This document shows positions 47,911 through 57,900 of a DNA stretch of 64,000 bases, in pieces. This DNA comes from an uncultured virus (IMG/VR IMGVR_UViG_3300042455_001744) (lineage: Duplodnaviria; Heunggongvirae; Uroviricota; Caudoviricetes), in IMG/VR virus record IMGVR_UViG_3300042455_001744. The stretch is one strand, 5' to 3'. The number at the start of each line of letters is the position of its first letter. The first letter of the stretch is position 1. The translations under genes and the position numbers were made by a program. The notes under the pieces were generated by a model. The model did no database searches and was not told the DNA's origin. It was given only the letters and a program-made list of their open reading frames with translations.

Positions 47911-48912
47911 TTACTTTTTAAACTTTCGTTTTTCTTTTCTTGTTAATTTTAAAAAGGGTGTTAAAAAATTCACCCAAGAATTATCATTTTTTGGTAGGAA
48001 CTTGAAGAATCCATCTTCCATCATCATTTTAATTACGTTCCTGTGACCTCGACCATCCGGGTCTAAGGTTTCTGAATAATATTCATTTACTACGTTTTTC
48101 CCATCTTCAGTTATTAAAGGGTTTGACAAATCAACTATTTTCTCATTTATAACAAAAAACTCATCACCAAATATACCACTCTTAGTCTTACCCGTCAAAA
48201 GATTCTGTAAAACTTTATTGTCTTTATCCTCTTTGTGTAAAAGTTCGGCTTTTTCTAAAATATCGGTGAATTTTATTTCTCGGTCAAGTAGCTCAGGGAA
48301 TAATTTCGCTAACGTCTTATCCCCAAGGTAATAGATACCATCAATATTATCCGATTTATCACCGGCTATTATCTTGTAAGTCTTAACGTTATAGTGAGGA
48401 ATTTCAATATCCTTAAACTTAATAGTATCACCAAGTTTGTAATATTGTTTTAAATCAGGTAAATAAACTCTTACCTTATCCGAAATCAATTGGGTTAAAT
48501 CACGGTCACCTGAGAATATCGTTTTATCTTCATCAGGAGAGATTTGACAATAGTAAGCAATCAAATCATCAGCTTCGTTATTATCAACCAACACCTGTCT
48601 TATAAACAACTCTTCCAAGTATTGTTTAACACGTTCCTTTTGTTCGGTAATAGAATCTTCTTTGGTTAAATCAAAAGGGGTCTTTCGATTCGCTTTGTAT
48701 TGGGGGTATAATATTTTTCGTGACAGTGAATTCTCATCACCATCCCAAAATACAACAACTTTATCAAAACCTTCTGTTTCAATAAATCGTCGTAATGTGT
48801 TTATAAAGTGCCACACACCACCTATGTGTTTTCCGGAGTGAAAGAAATCTTTCACCCCGTGAACACCAATTTTAATTAGGTTGTTTCCATCAACCAATAA
48901 GGTTTTAGTCAT
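47911..48912 (-). CDS. 5'-3' exonuclease / flap endonuclease (T4 RNase H / PolA N-terminal-like)
   Basis: LLVDGNNL, VFWDG, YKANR, EADDLIA, SGDRDLTQL, GDKSDNIDGI. Confidence 0.93.
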   Translation of the reverse strand: MTKTLLVDGNNLIKIGVHGVKDFFHSGKHIGGVWHFINTLRRFIETEGFDKVVVFWDGDENSLSRKILYPQYKANRKTPFDLTKEDSITEQKERVKQYLEELFIRQVLVDNNEADDLIAYYCQISPDEDKTIFSGDRDLTQLISDKVRVYLPDLKQYYKLGDTIKFKDIEIPHYNVKTYKIIAGDKSDNIDGIYYLGDKTLAKLFPELLDREIKFTDILEKAELLHKEDKDNKVLQNLLTGKTKSGIFGDEFFVINEKIVDLSNPLITEDGKNVVNEYYSETLDPDGRGHRNVIKMMMEDGFFKFLPKNDNSWVNFLTPFLKLTRKEKRKFKK

Positions 48913-48937
48913 TTTTTACCATTAAATGGTTCTACAA

Positions 48938-49939
48938 TCAATCTTCGAATTCTTCTTCCTCTGTTGGGACAAATACTTCACTAAGTTTAAAGTCACCCTC
49001 ACCACCTAATTTCTTATTCCAATAATCGGAAAATTCTTTTTTGTATTTCTCAATCGCAGATTTATCATCTTTGATATAACCTTGAGGAACCGCTAATATC
49101 TTACCATCTTTATATGATAATCCATTTACGTGGTTCTTCAATATTGAGATTTTTGTTCTTGTCGCATAAACAACTGTTCTACCGTTTTTAGTTGCGGTAA
49201 TATGATTGATACCGGCTTTCTTTTGATTACCAAATAAGAACACTAATGAAGATGCTAACCAAATCGCCTCACCACCTTTTGCTTTAATCTCAGGTTGACC
49301 AAATGGGTTGTCAGGTAATTCAACCCAAGGTTGATTAATTACAACCATACTTGCCCAATATGGAACATCCTCTTTTTTAGTTTTAGATATTCTCGCAGAA
49401 ATACCCATACCAATTTTATCAGCAAAAGTCGCGGCGTTATGTTGTTTACCACCTTTACCGTCAAATGTCATTTTACAAGGTATTGAACCAACAGAATCCC
49501 ATAAGAATAAAATGTTGTAAGGAATTTCACCTTTATCTTGAGCGTCCAATATTTGATTAATAAAATCTGTTGCTTGTTCAATGTAATCAAAACTATCGTT
49601 GAAGATAAAGTTACCATCCCATTCACCTTCTGAGTTTTGTTCAGCCTGAAGACCTAATTCAACTGCGTGTTCCCAATTCCATTTCCTTTCAGTGATAATG
49701 AAAACAGGTAAGTCACCTTGTTTTTGTGCGTTTGCCGCTGCCAAAATCATTGCGGTAGTTTTAGATGAGTTAGAGTGACCTAAGAACATATTGATATGTC
49801 CTTTACTTGGACCAGGTAGACCACAAGCGTCGGCAAACTCTTCACCACAATCATAAAAACTATCAGCTTTATACTTTGTTTTCGTTGAAAACTTCCCTTT
49901 AATCGAATCTAAAGAGAAATCCTTTTTCTTTACTGCCAT
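48938..49939 (-). CDS. RecA/UvsX-like recombinase
   Basis: Variant Walker A GHSNSSKTT, FIITE, WDSVGS, VINQ, KGGEA, KNHV. Confidence 0.85.
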   Translation of the reverse strand: MAVKKKDFSLDSIKGKFSTKTKYKADSFYDCGEEFADACGLPGPSKGHINMFLGHSNSSKTTAMILAAANAQKQGDLPVFIITERKWNWEHAVELGLQAEQNSEGEWDGNFIFNDSFDYIEQATDFINQILDAQDKGEIPYNILFLWDSVGSIPCKMTFDGKGGKQHNAATFADKIGMGISARISKTKKEDVPYWASMVVINQPWVELPDNPFGQPEIKAKGGEAIWLASSLVFLFGNQKKAGINHITATKNGRTVVYATRTKISILKNHVNGLSYKDGKILAVPQGYIKDDKSAIEKYKKEFSDYWNKKLGGEGDFKLSEVFVPTEEEEFED

Positions 49940-49963
49940 ATATTGTGTTTTTAAATAAAAGAT

Positions 49964-49996
49964 AAAAAAAGGTAGTGACTTTGTAAATCACTACCT
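49964..49996 (-). terminator. Intrinsic terminator after the SSB gene
   Basis: Minus strand AGGTAGTGA-tttacaaag-TCACTACCTTTTTTT. Confidence 0.85.
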
Positions 49997-50010
49997 ATCT
50001 ATAGGTTAGG

Positions 50011-50856
50011 TTAGAATGGTAAATCTTCGTCGATTTCATCATTAACTTGTGGGTCAGCATAAACTTCAGTTTTAGCTTTAGAACCACCAAATGATTCTTC
50101 ACTTTCAGTTGAGTCACCGTAAGTGTATTTACCCAATTCAGTATTCCATTTTGGAGTTTCTCCACGAGCGATTGCTTCAAGATACTCAACAGGTTTTTTA
50201 GAGTAAACGTCTCTCCAAGTTAACTCATCGTTAGCCCAAGATTTTTTAGTTTCCTCATCTTCGTGTAAAGGAGCTGGGTCATCATACATAATTGTTTGAA
50301 TAACAGTGTACTCTTTACCTTTAGGAGTTTTAGCTTTAGCCAATTCAAGGATTAAATCACGACCTTTTTCAGAATCAGTAACATCACCCTTATTTCTCCA
50401 AATAGGAATGATTTTATCTAAAATCCCTTCATTTTTATAGTTGTGTTTAAAACGCCAGAATTTAGGACCATCTTGTTCGTTATCACGGTCAATAACTTTA
50501 ACGATGTAGAACTTACGAGATTTATATTCTGAAGCCAATTTTTTATCACCTTCAATTAATAATTCTTCATACACCTCATTTAACGGTGAACGTTCATTAT
50601 CCATCGCTGGGTCGTATAATTTAATATACTTACCATCAATCAACATTTCGTGAAACATTGCCTCTTTAAAAGGTGAGGAACCGTCTGTCGTTGGGAGAAT
50701 TCTAAGTCTTTTTTGACCTTGTTTTTCATTATCACCTAAGATAGCCGCAAAGTATCTTTTCATTCTCTCTTCTTGAGACATTTTTGGGGTAAAGTTACCC
50801 GTTTGTTGTGCTTTCTCGTACTGAGCTAACACCGCATCTAAACTGTTTGTCGCCAT
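50011..50856 (-). CDS. Single-stranded DNA-binding protein (T4 gp32-like)
   Basis: RLRILP, FYIVKVIDR, GPKFWRF, D..KGRDL, acidic tail DEDLPF; next to recombinase. Confidence 0.8.
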   Translation of the reverse strand: MATNSLDAVLAQYEKAQQTGNFTPKMSQEERMKRYFAAILGDNEKQGQKRLRILPTTDGSSPFKEAMFHEMLIDGKYIKLYDPAMDNERSPLNEVYEELLIEGDKKLASEYKSRKFYIVKVIDRDNEQDGPKFWRFKHNYKNEGILDKIIPIWRNKGDVTDSEKGRDLILELAKAKTPKGKEYTVIQTIMYDDPAPLHEDEETKKSWANDELTWRDVYSKKPVEYLEAIARGETPKWNTELGKYTYGDSTESEESFGGSKAKTEVYADPQVNDEIDEDLPF

Positions 50857-50886
50857 AAATTTTAATTTATTTTATTTGTTTATCTA

Positions 50887-50916
50887 ATTATAAGTCCGCC
50901 ATATTGTATTGTCAAA
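50887..50916 (-). promoter_or_regulatory. Perfect sigma70 consensus promoter TTGACA-N17-TATAAT
   Basis: Minus strand TTTGACA ATACAATATGGCGGACT TATAAT, between a terminator and the SSB start. Confidence 0.8.
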
Positions 50917-50925
50917 TCGTAAGGG

Positions 50926-50958
50926 AAAAAAAACTTGTTTTTTTATAACAAGTTTTTT
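50926..50958 (-). terminator. Intrinsic terminator (AT-rich stem)
   Basis: AAAAAACTTGTT-tttttat-AACAAGTTTTTT. Confidence 0.65.
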
Positions 50959-50972
50959 CTCTTACTTATAGA

Positions 50973-51659
50973 TTAGTATTTTGTTTTAAAAACATTATCC
51001 TCTTCACCGTCACCGGTAAAATCACTAAATGTTTTTTGTATTTCTTTAGGTGAAAAATCTTCAACATCATCTTTAGTTAAGATATATTCATCTCTACCTA
51101 ATTTTTCAAAATCCTCTTCTTTATCTTCAAAATATTGAGATAATTTTTGATTAAATGGTCCAGAATCTAAAGTTCTAAGTTCCATTTTTTCTTCAGGTGA
51201 TTTTTGTCTATATTTTTCAACTTTAGCCTCTAAACTATTTAATTGATTAACGATATTATCCATCTCACCTAATTTACTTTCCAAATTTTCTAAGTGAGAA
51301 AATAATTGTTGGAAGTACTCTTCTTGTTTTTCCTCAACATTCTTTTGACTATTAACTAATTCAGTAACGTCTAATTCTTTTTTATTATCACTTTTTTCAT
51401 CGTCACCAACTTTTTCAACATCAGGGTCATTTTCAATATCTACAGGTTGAGGTACATCACCTGTTGGTGCTGCGGGTGCTGGTGGTGCTCCTGCCGCTAA
51501 TGGGTCCGCAGGTGGTGCTCCTGCCGCTAATGGGTCCGCAGGTGGTGCCGCCGCTAATGGGTCTTCCACAGGTGGTGGAGGTAATTCTTGTTCGTTAATA
51601 TATCTATTAATCGAATTAAATCGTGTAATCTCTTCTAATATTTTTTTATCTACGCTCAT
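50973..51659 (-). CDS. Acidic coiled-coil protein with Pro/Ala repeats (possible head-internal or scaffold protein)
   Basis: 228 aa; DPLAA(G)APPA three times; coiled coil. Confidence 0.6.
   Translation of the reverse strand: MSVDKKILEEITRFNSINRYINEQELPPPPVEDPLAAAPPADPLAAGAPPADPLAAGAPPAPAAPTGDVPQPVDIENDPDVEKVGDDEKSDNKKELDVTELVNSQKNVEEKQEEYFQQLFSHLENLESKLGEMDNIVNQLNSLEAKVEKYRQKSPEEKMELRTLDSGPFNQKLSQYFEDKEEDFEKLGRDEYILTKDDVEDFSPKEIQKTFSDFTGDGEEDNVFKTKY
51481..51564. repeat. 30-bp tandem repeat, two exact copies plus a degenerate third
   Basis: ggtggtgctcctgccgctaatgggtccgca at 51481 and 51511; ggtggtgccgccgctaatgggtc at 51541. Confidence 0.92.
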
Positions 51660-51661
51660 TT

Positions 51662-51886
51662 TTACCCGTTTAATAATTGTTTAACTCCATTATGTGTTTC
51701 CACTTGAACTCTTCTGTTAGTTGCCATAGTATTGTCAACTCTTTCAATAAGCCCGTCTTTCATTCTAATTGTATAACAATCACCTGTTTCTAAATCACAT
51801 ACTTGTTTAAATCCGTTTCCGGCATCCTTTTCAGAATATTTGGTATTCTTACCCAAATAATTATCTAATATTAATTTTGTATTCAT
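51662..51886 (-). CDS. Hypothetical protein
   Basis: 74 aa; ATATTTAT upstream at 51903-51910. Confidence 0.7.
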   Translation of the reverse strand: MNTKLILDNYLGKNTKYSEKDAGNGFKQVCDLETGDCYTIRMKDGLIERVDNTMATNRRVQVETHNGVKQLLNG

Positions 51887-51927
51887 AACTTTTAGTTTAT
51901 TAATAAATATCTTTTACTGTGAAAAAA

Positions 51928-54900
51928 TTATAAGGTAAAAGTTATTGGGTAACTTTTATAAAAATCAGCTCTTGCATTATCTTTTGTCCCATCAGGTTTA
52001 AGAGGGGTTGTATAAATCGACACTTTGAATTTATAAGTTCCTTTTGAATCCTTTGACGGTACGTTAGAACAATCCAAATCATCTAATAAGTCTTGAAGCT
52101 CAATTATAACCTGTTGTTTATTATTTGAGATTAAGTTAGTATTAAACTGTTGTCCCGTTCCTCTTCCCGCGGCACAATTAGCGTCAGTTTCATAATCAAA
52201 GTTAATACTAAAAATTTCTCTTGGACCATCAATTTTTGGGTCGACTGTAATCGTTAAACTTTCAAATAATGGTGGTGTTGTTTGAGCATACTTATACACA
52301 TCAACTAACGGATTTAGTTTTGGTGGTGGTGAACTAACATTACCTGATGTCGGATTAAACAATTTAATTGACTCTTCAACTTTAGTTTGAATATTTAATA
52401 ATTGTGTTTTATCCATCTGACTATATACCGTTTCAGGTTTGTCATTAGAGTCATTCAATATAATAAATTTAGTAATTTCTTCCTTTGAATTGTCTTTAAC
52501 CGTCACCATTCTACCCTTATATCTTTCAATTAAAAAATCAATATTTTCATCAATACTTTTAAAAACCATAAATGGTTGTGAAACAGAATTCATTGTTTTA
52601 CAGAAAAATTTCGTACTTGGTGTACTAGACCATTTACTAATTAATGTAAGATTAGTGAAATTATTTTCATACGCTTTAAATGATGACCCATAATATGATG
52701 ACAAATATAAAGACGCAAATATCACATACTTTAATTTATTATCATCAGTAATATTCTTATTAAGAATTCTTGAAACCACTTTAGTTTGAACATCTTTAAC
52801 AGTTATTGATGTTTCCGTAGGACTATCCACAGGTGTGTATTTTTTATAATCTTCATACAATGTTTCTTTACAAGCATCCGATTCTTCAATTTTATTTTGA
52901 GTAGATAACGTTGATTGTGTTTGTGTTTGTATGTTTTGATTAGTACCTGTACTATTCTCAAGGTTTGTCGATGGACTTGATTCTTTTTGAGTTTCAATAA
53001 CTGACTTTAATAAACTTGTTTTTAATGTTTGGATGAAATCATCAATCTTTAACACAGATGCTGTTGGTTGTCTAATACCTTCAATAGTTGTTTCAAAAAC
53101 ACCTGGACTTATAACGTGATTTACTTGGGTTATCATATAAGGACCGTAAAACATTGGGACGTATCTTAAATTAAAATACATTGTAGGTTGTATTAATGCG
53201 TTACCCATCATAGACACAGTACAAGTATAACTTCTGTTTTTGTAGATATTATATAATGAAATACTTTGTGTTGCAGAATTTTTACCTGAACTCATATTCG
53301 CCATCATATTTTCAACTTCAAGAGATTCCGCAGTTGCAGTTCCTGATTCTTGGCCAACACTAAAATTAAAAAATATTGATTGATTTTCAGGACCGATATC
53401 AACATTAAACCCGACAACTCTATTTGATGTTGCCCAATCTTCTTTATTTTTTTGGTCTTCCAATAACGGATTGTCAGACGCTTTAGTAATATCAAAAGCA
53501 TCGTCCCTAAATTTAAAATCAACATTTTTAATTGCTAAGTACTCACTAGGTTTACCGGCATAAGTACAAACCATTTTAGCTGACGATTGTCTAACATCAA
53601 CATTTAAAAATGTACCAAACAAATTATTAGCAAATTCTAAAGTCCCCTCCAATTTTGGTGTTGGTTTTTTAACTACTTCTTGTACGTTATAAAAATTAAC
53701 GTATGACGGTAAGTTCATCACAACAAAATTGTTTTCTATTAAAATTGATTCAACAAATGATAACATATCAATAGTAGGTTCACTCGAAAATAGATTATCA
53801 AGTCGAGTTTTTAACTTATAGATATCAACTAAAATTTTATCACCAATATTTCTTGATGCCCTGTCTAATAATAACACATCTTCAAACAATGTTTTATTAT
53901 TAAATTCATAACCAGCAATCCATTTATCATTTAACGATTTAAAACACTCCCAATGTTCTAATTTACCAATAGTATCAGTTATCTTAGAATTAGTTATTTG
54001 TTCGGGTGTCTGAGTAATTGACGGTAAAGCAGTTTGTAAACGTAACATTAAATTATTCATTGCTTTATCTTGAAAATTACTTAAAGTATCTATATACTCA
54101 TCAACCAACCCTTTAAAATTTTGCATGTTAAAATTTGATTTAAATGGTACATCCAATTTTAAACCTTTAGGTCTTATATATTTTGTCACTATAGGGTTGT
54201 CTTGTAACCCAAATGGACCATAATAATCAGTAATTGTATCTTCAAATAATTCTTCCTCACTATACAAAAACATAACTCTTGAAGGTCCAGCATATAGTAG
54301 TTGTTTATTTGGGTCATACAATACAGGCGTTAATCTATTATTAGTCGTAGGTAATAATTCTATTTTATTACCGTCAGTTAATATAGCGTATGAATTAACA
54401 TTTGGTTCATTTGACGGTATAATAGCACTATCAACATAATCTTGTAATTTCTGAGTAGCATATATTTTTATAATCGGGGAATATGTTTTAATATTGTCCA
54501 CAGTAAACGCAACATTCATATCAACAAAGAAATCCGTTATATAAGAACCGTTGTTTGAATATTTTAATTTATTAATCTCTGAAAACCCAATATAAGTTTC
54601 TAACGCTTTCCACTCATTTGGGTAATTAGTTTTTGAAGTTGATAATGTAACACCACCGTTATTAGTTGGTAAAGCATTTGGCGTTATTGATTGATATTTA
54701 GTCCATTCATATGGGTCAGTTATTTGGTAATTAGAAAAACTTAAAAATAATTTTCTGTCATAGTTACCAGGGTTACCATATTTAACATACATTGATGTTT
54801 CAATAAACTTAGTTAAATTTTGATTAATATTATTTAATTGTTTTGTTTGAACATCATTAACAATATCATTTGATGTTGTACCTGTAGGTTTTGGTATCTT

Positions 54901-57900
54901 CATCATCTCAACCATTAATTTTTGAAAATTTAAACCATAATCAACTTCGGTATTAATGTCATACATTGATTTACTAAAATTTAAAAATTTCTCTTCAAAT
55001 AAATCCAAAATGTCTTTTTCAAAAACAGAAAACAATTCACTAATGTCAGCGTATTTGGAACTATCTCCTTTAATACCAAAATTTTCTTGTACCGTTTTTT
55101 CATTTGAAGTATCGGGTTTTCCGACTTTCATTTCTTTAAGATATTCTTTTGGGTTATTTTTGAAAACTTTACTATTATCAAAATAACCATAAGTCGGTAA
55201 TGCCCAAAAATTTCTCACAGTACCGTTATATAATGAGGTGTTACTCATTAACTCAATATTCATAGTTTTACCACTAAAACATTCATTGTACGCCTGATTC
55301 ATAATACTTCCCATTGATGGAAGCGGGTATACAAATTGACTATCGGTAGTTTCAACATACACACTCCAAGGGATAACTTTTAAATCCCTTTTCGGATTTG
55401 CCTTATCAAAACCTTTATCACCTCTAATTAATGTTTCAGGAACATATTTTAACGATACTTTAAAATCATCAATACCACTTTGTATTCCAGTATTTGTATA
55501 AGCCGAAAAAACTTCAAACCCTTGATAAAACACATTCATATCATTTATTAATTTAGGGTAAAAACCTGTATTAATAAGTGTTGACGTGTCAGTCCCAAAT
55601 GTTGAGTTTTTTTGTAATATAATATCAATCACACCACCATCAACAGTAAGTGTATAGTTTTTAGCTGCATTACTTGTTACCGGGTCATAATTGGTTAAAT
55701 AATCAAAGTTTTTCCAAGCGTCCTGTAAGATATCTACACCATTATTTACAAATCTTTTATAACGATGCCATATCGAACCTAACTTAACAATAAGTGGGTA
55801 TGGTAATTTATGTGTAGCCCCAAATTTTTTAAGTGTTGCAAATATATAATCTAATTCTGTATTAATACCTGAATCATATATTTTGTATTTTTCACGTAAT
55901 GTTGAGATTGGTAAACTATTCAAAAACAAATAAGCGGCACTAACAAATGGAGTTTTATCAAAGTTTCTAAATTTAACAATACCTTCTTGAATTGCATTAA
56001 CAAAATAAGGGGTGTTTAACATTGATATTGTTTGGTTATTTGATACCCCACCACTATAATTAACATAATTTAAATTACCTTCAGTTATTAATTGTTTATC
56101 AGGTGTTCTCATATTATAGAACATCTTTAACTGAGTTAAGTAATCTTCAGGTGTTGGGATTGTTAAATCACCTTTATAAACAAAGTTAGTAATTGGAATG
56201 ATATTATTATTTAAACTAAAATTAGTTAATGTTTTTAATTGTTTATCAAACGATACTGTTTTTGTCGTATTATACACCTCAATAGCTTTACTAACATTTT
56301 TCCCACCAGGTAATTGATTTTTAATCCAAGAAATATCCATAAACGGATAAACATCTAACAAATCAAAATTGTTAGTTTTTGAATCTCCGGTTAAAGTCTC
56401 AATAAACCCATCTTCATTATCTAAACTAACTGTTGGTCTAACAAATGGATTTTGAATCACTAATTCATCCAAAAATAAAAATTTATTAGTACTATTTAAT
56501 TCTTTGATATATGGGGTGTTATAAATCCCTCTAATATAATTCTGCCAATTAACACCAACACCTTGATTTGAAACGTGTCGTAACACATTCACAAAATTGT
56601 TAGATGAAAACGCATAATCACTTAATGTCTTAATTAAAAATGGATTATCATTTGATAAACTTTCTTTAATGTTAATAACCTCACTTTGAGCCACAATACT
56701 TGCTACAATATCAATCACTTCAGACGTTGATGAAATCCTATTAAGTCGAGATGTTGTTGAGATGAACAACAATCTTTCGAATATTTCATAAAAATATTTT
56801 ACCTCTTCTTTACTTTGAAAGACTTGATTTGATATTGGGAATTCAATCGGGTTTAAACTTATTCTTTTAACATCCAAAATCTCATTAGATACCGATTTAT
56901 TAACACCATCACTTTTACCTCTATCGGTAAATCCTTTAATAAACTCTTCAACAAATTCAACTTCAGGCCACATTGTATAATCATAACCTTTAGTTAATTG
57001 AATAATCTTACTATCGCCAGGATATTTGGGTTCGAACTTTTCGTGACCATCTTCACCCATAGTTGCTTGTAAAAATGTTGGCCAAGGATAAACAGGAACT
57101 TTTTCATTAACACCTGATGTTATCGCGTCAGGATTGGCATTGGCAACTGAACTATTAAAAATAGCATTTTTCCTGACTTTTTCATCTCTAACATCCCAAG
57201 ATTTCTTATGAACTTCATCTAATAACCTAATAAACCCCTCACCACTTGCAAAAATAACCGCTAACACATTTCTAATTGTTGGAATAAACCCAATACCATT
57301 ATTAGTACTTTTTAATTGGTCGTACAACGCATTTGTTAGGTCTTCTTCAATTTCTCTTTTTTTCTTTTTAAGTTGATTTTCAATATCATCTAACTTATCA
57401 GTAAAACTAAGTTTTCCTTCATAATAATAATATTCATTAACAGGAACACGTTCACCATCCTTTAAAGTGTACGTTGTCGTTAATTCATTTTTTAAAATAC
57501 CTTTATTTATTAAATCAGCCTTAAACTTTACTAATTCTTCATTAGTTGGTTCTATCTTAGTATTTTTTGTAACAAAATAAGTTTGTTCCAAATCAACATC
57601 ATCACTAGTAAATTCAGCGTTAAACTTAAAATCCGTATCTTTAATATTAATCGCAGATTCTTTTGTTTTGTTATTTACGGTGTATTTCCCATTTGAACCT
57701 AATGTTCTATTTTCATTTAATTTTTTAACCGCAGTTTTTACAATTTTATCTAATTCGGTTTTGGCATTTTCCCTTTCACCAAATGTTTTAATTTCAGGTT
57801 TAAATGTATATATTTTTTTAGGGTCGTATTGTTTACCTCTACCGAAAGGTATCTGATTTAAAGCGTTTTGTGCCGATGCCGGAAATAACGATTTTACATT

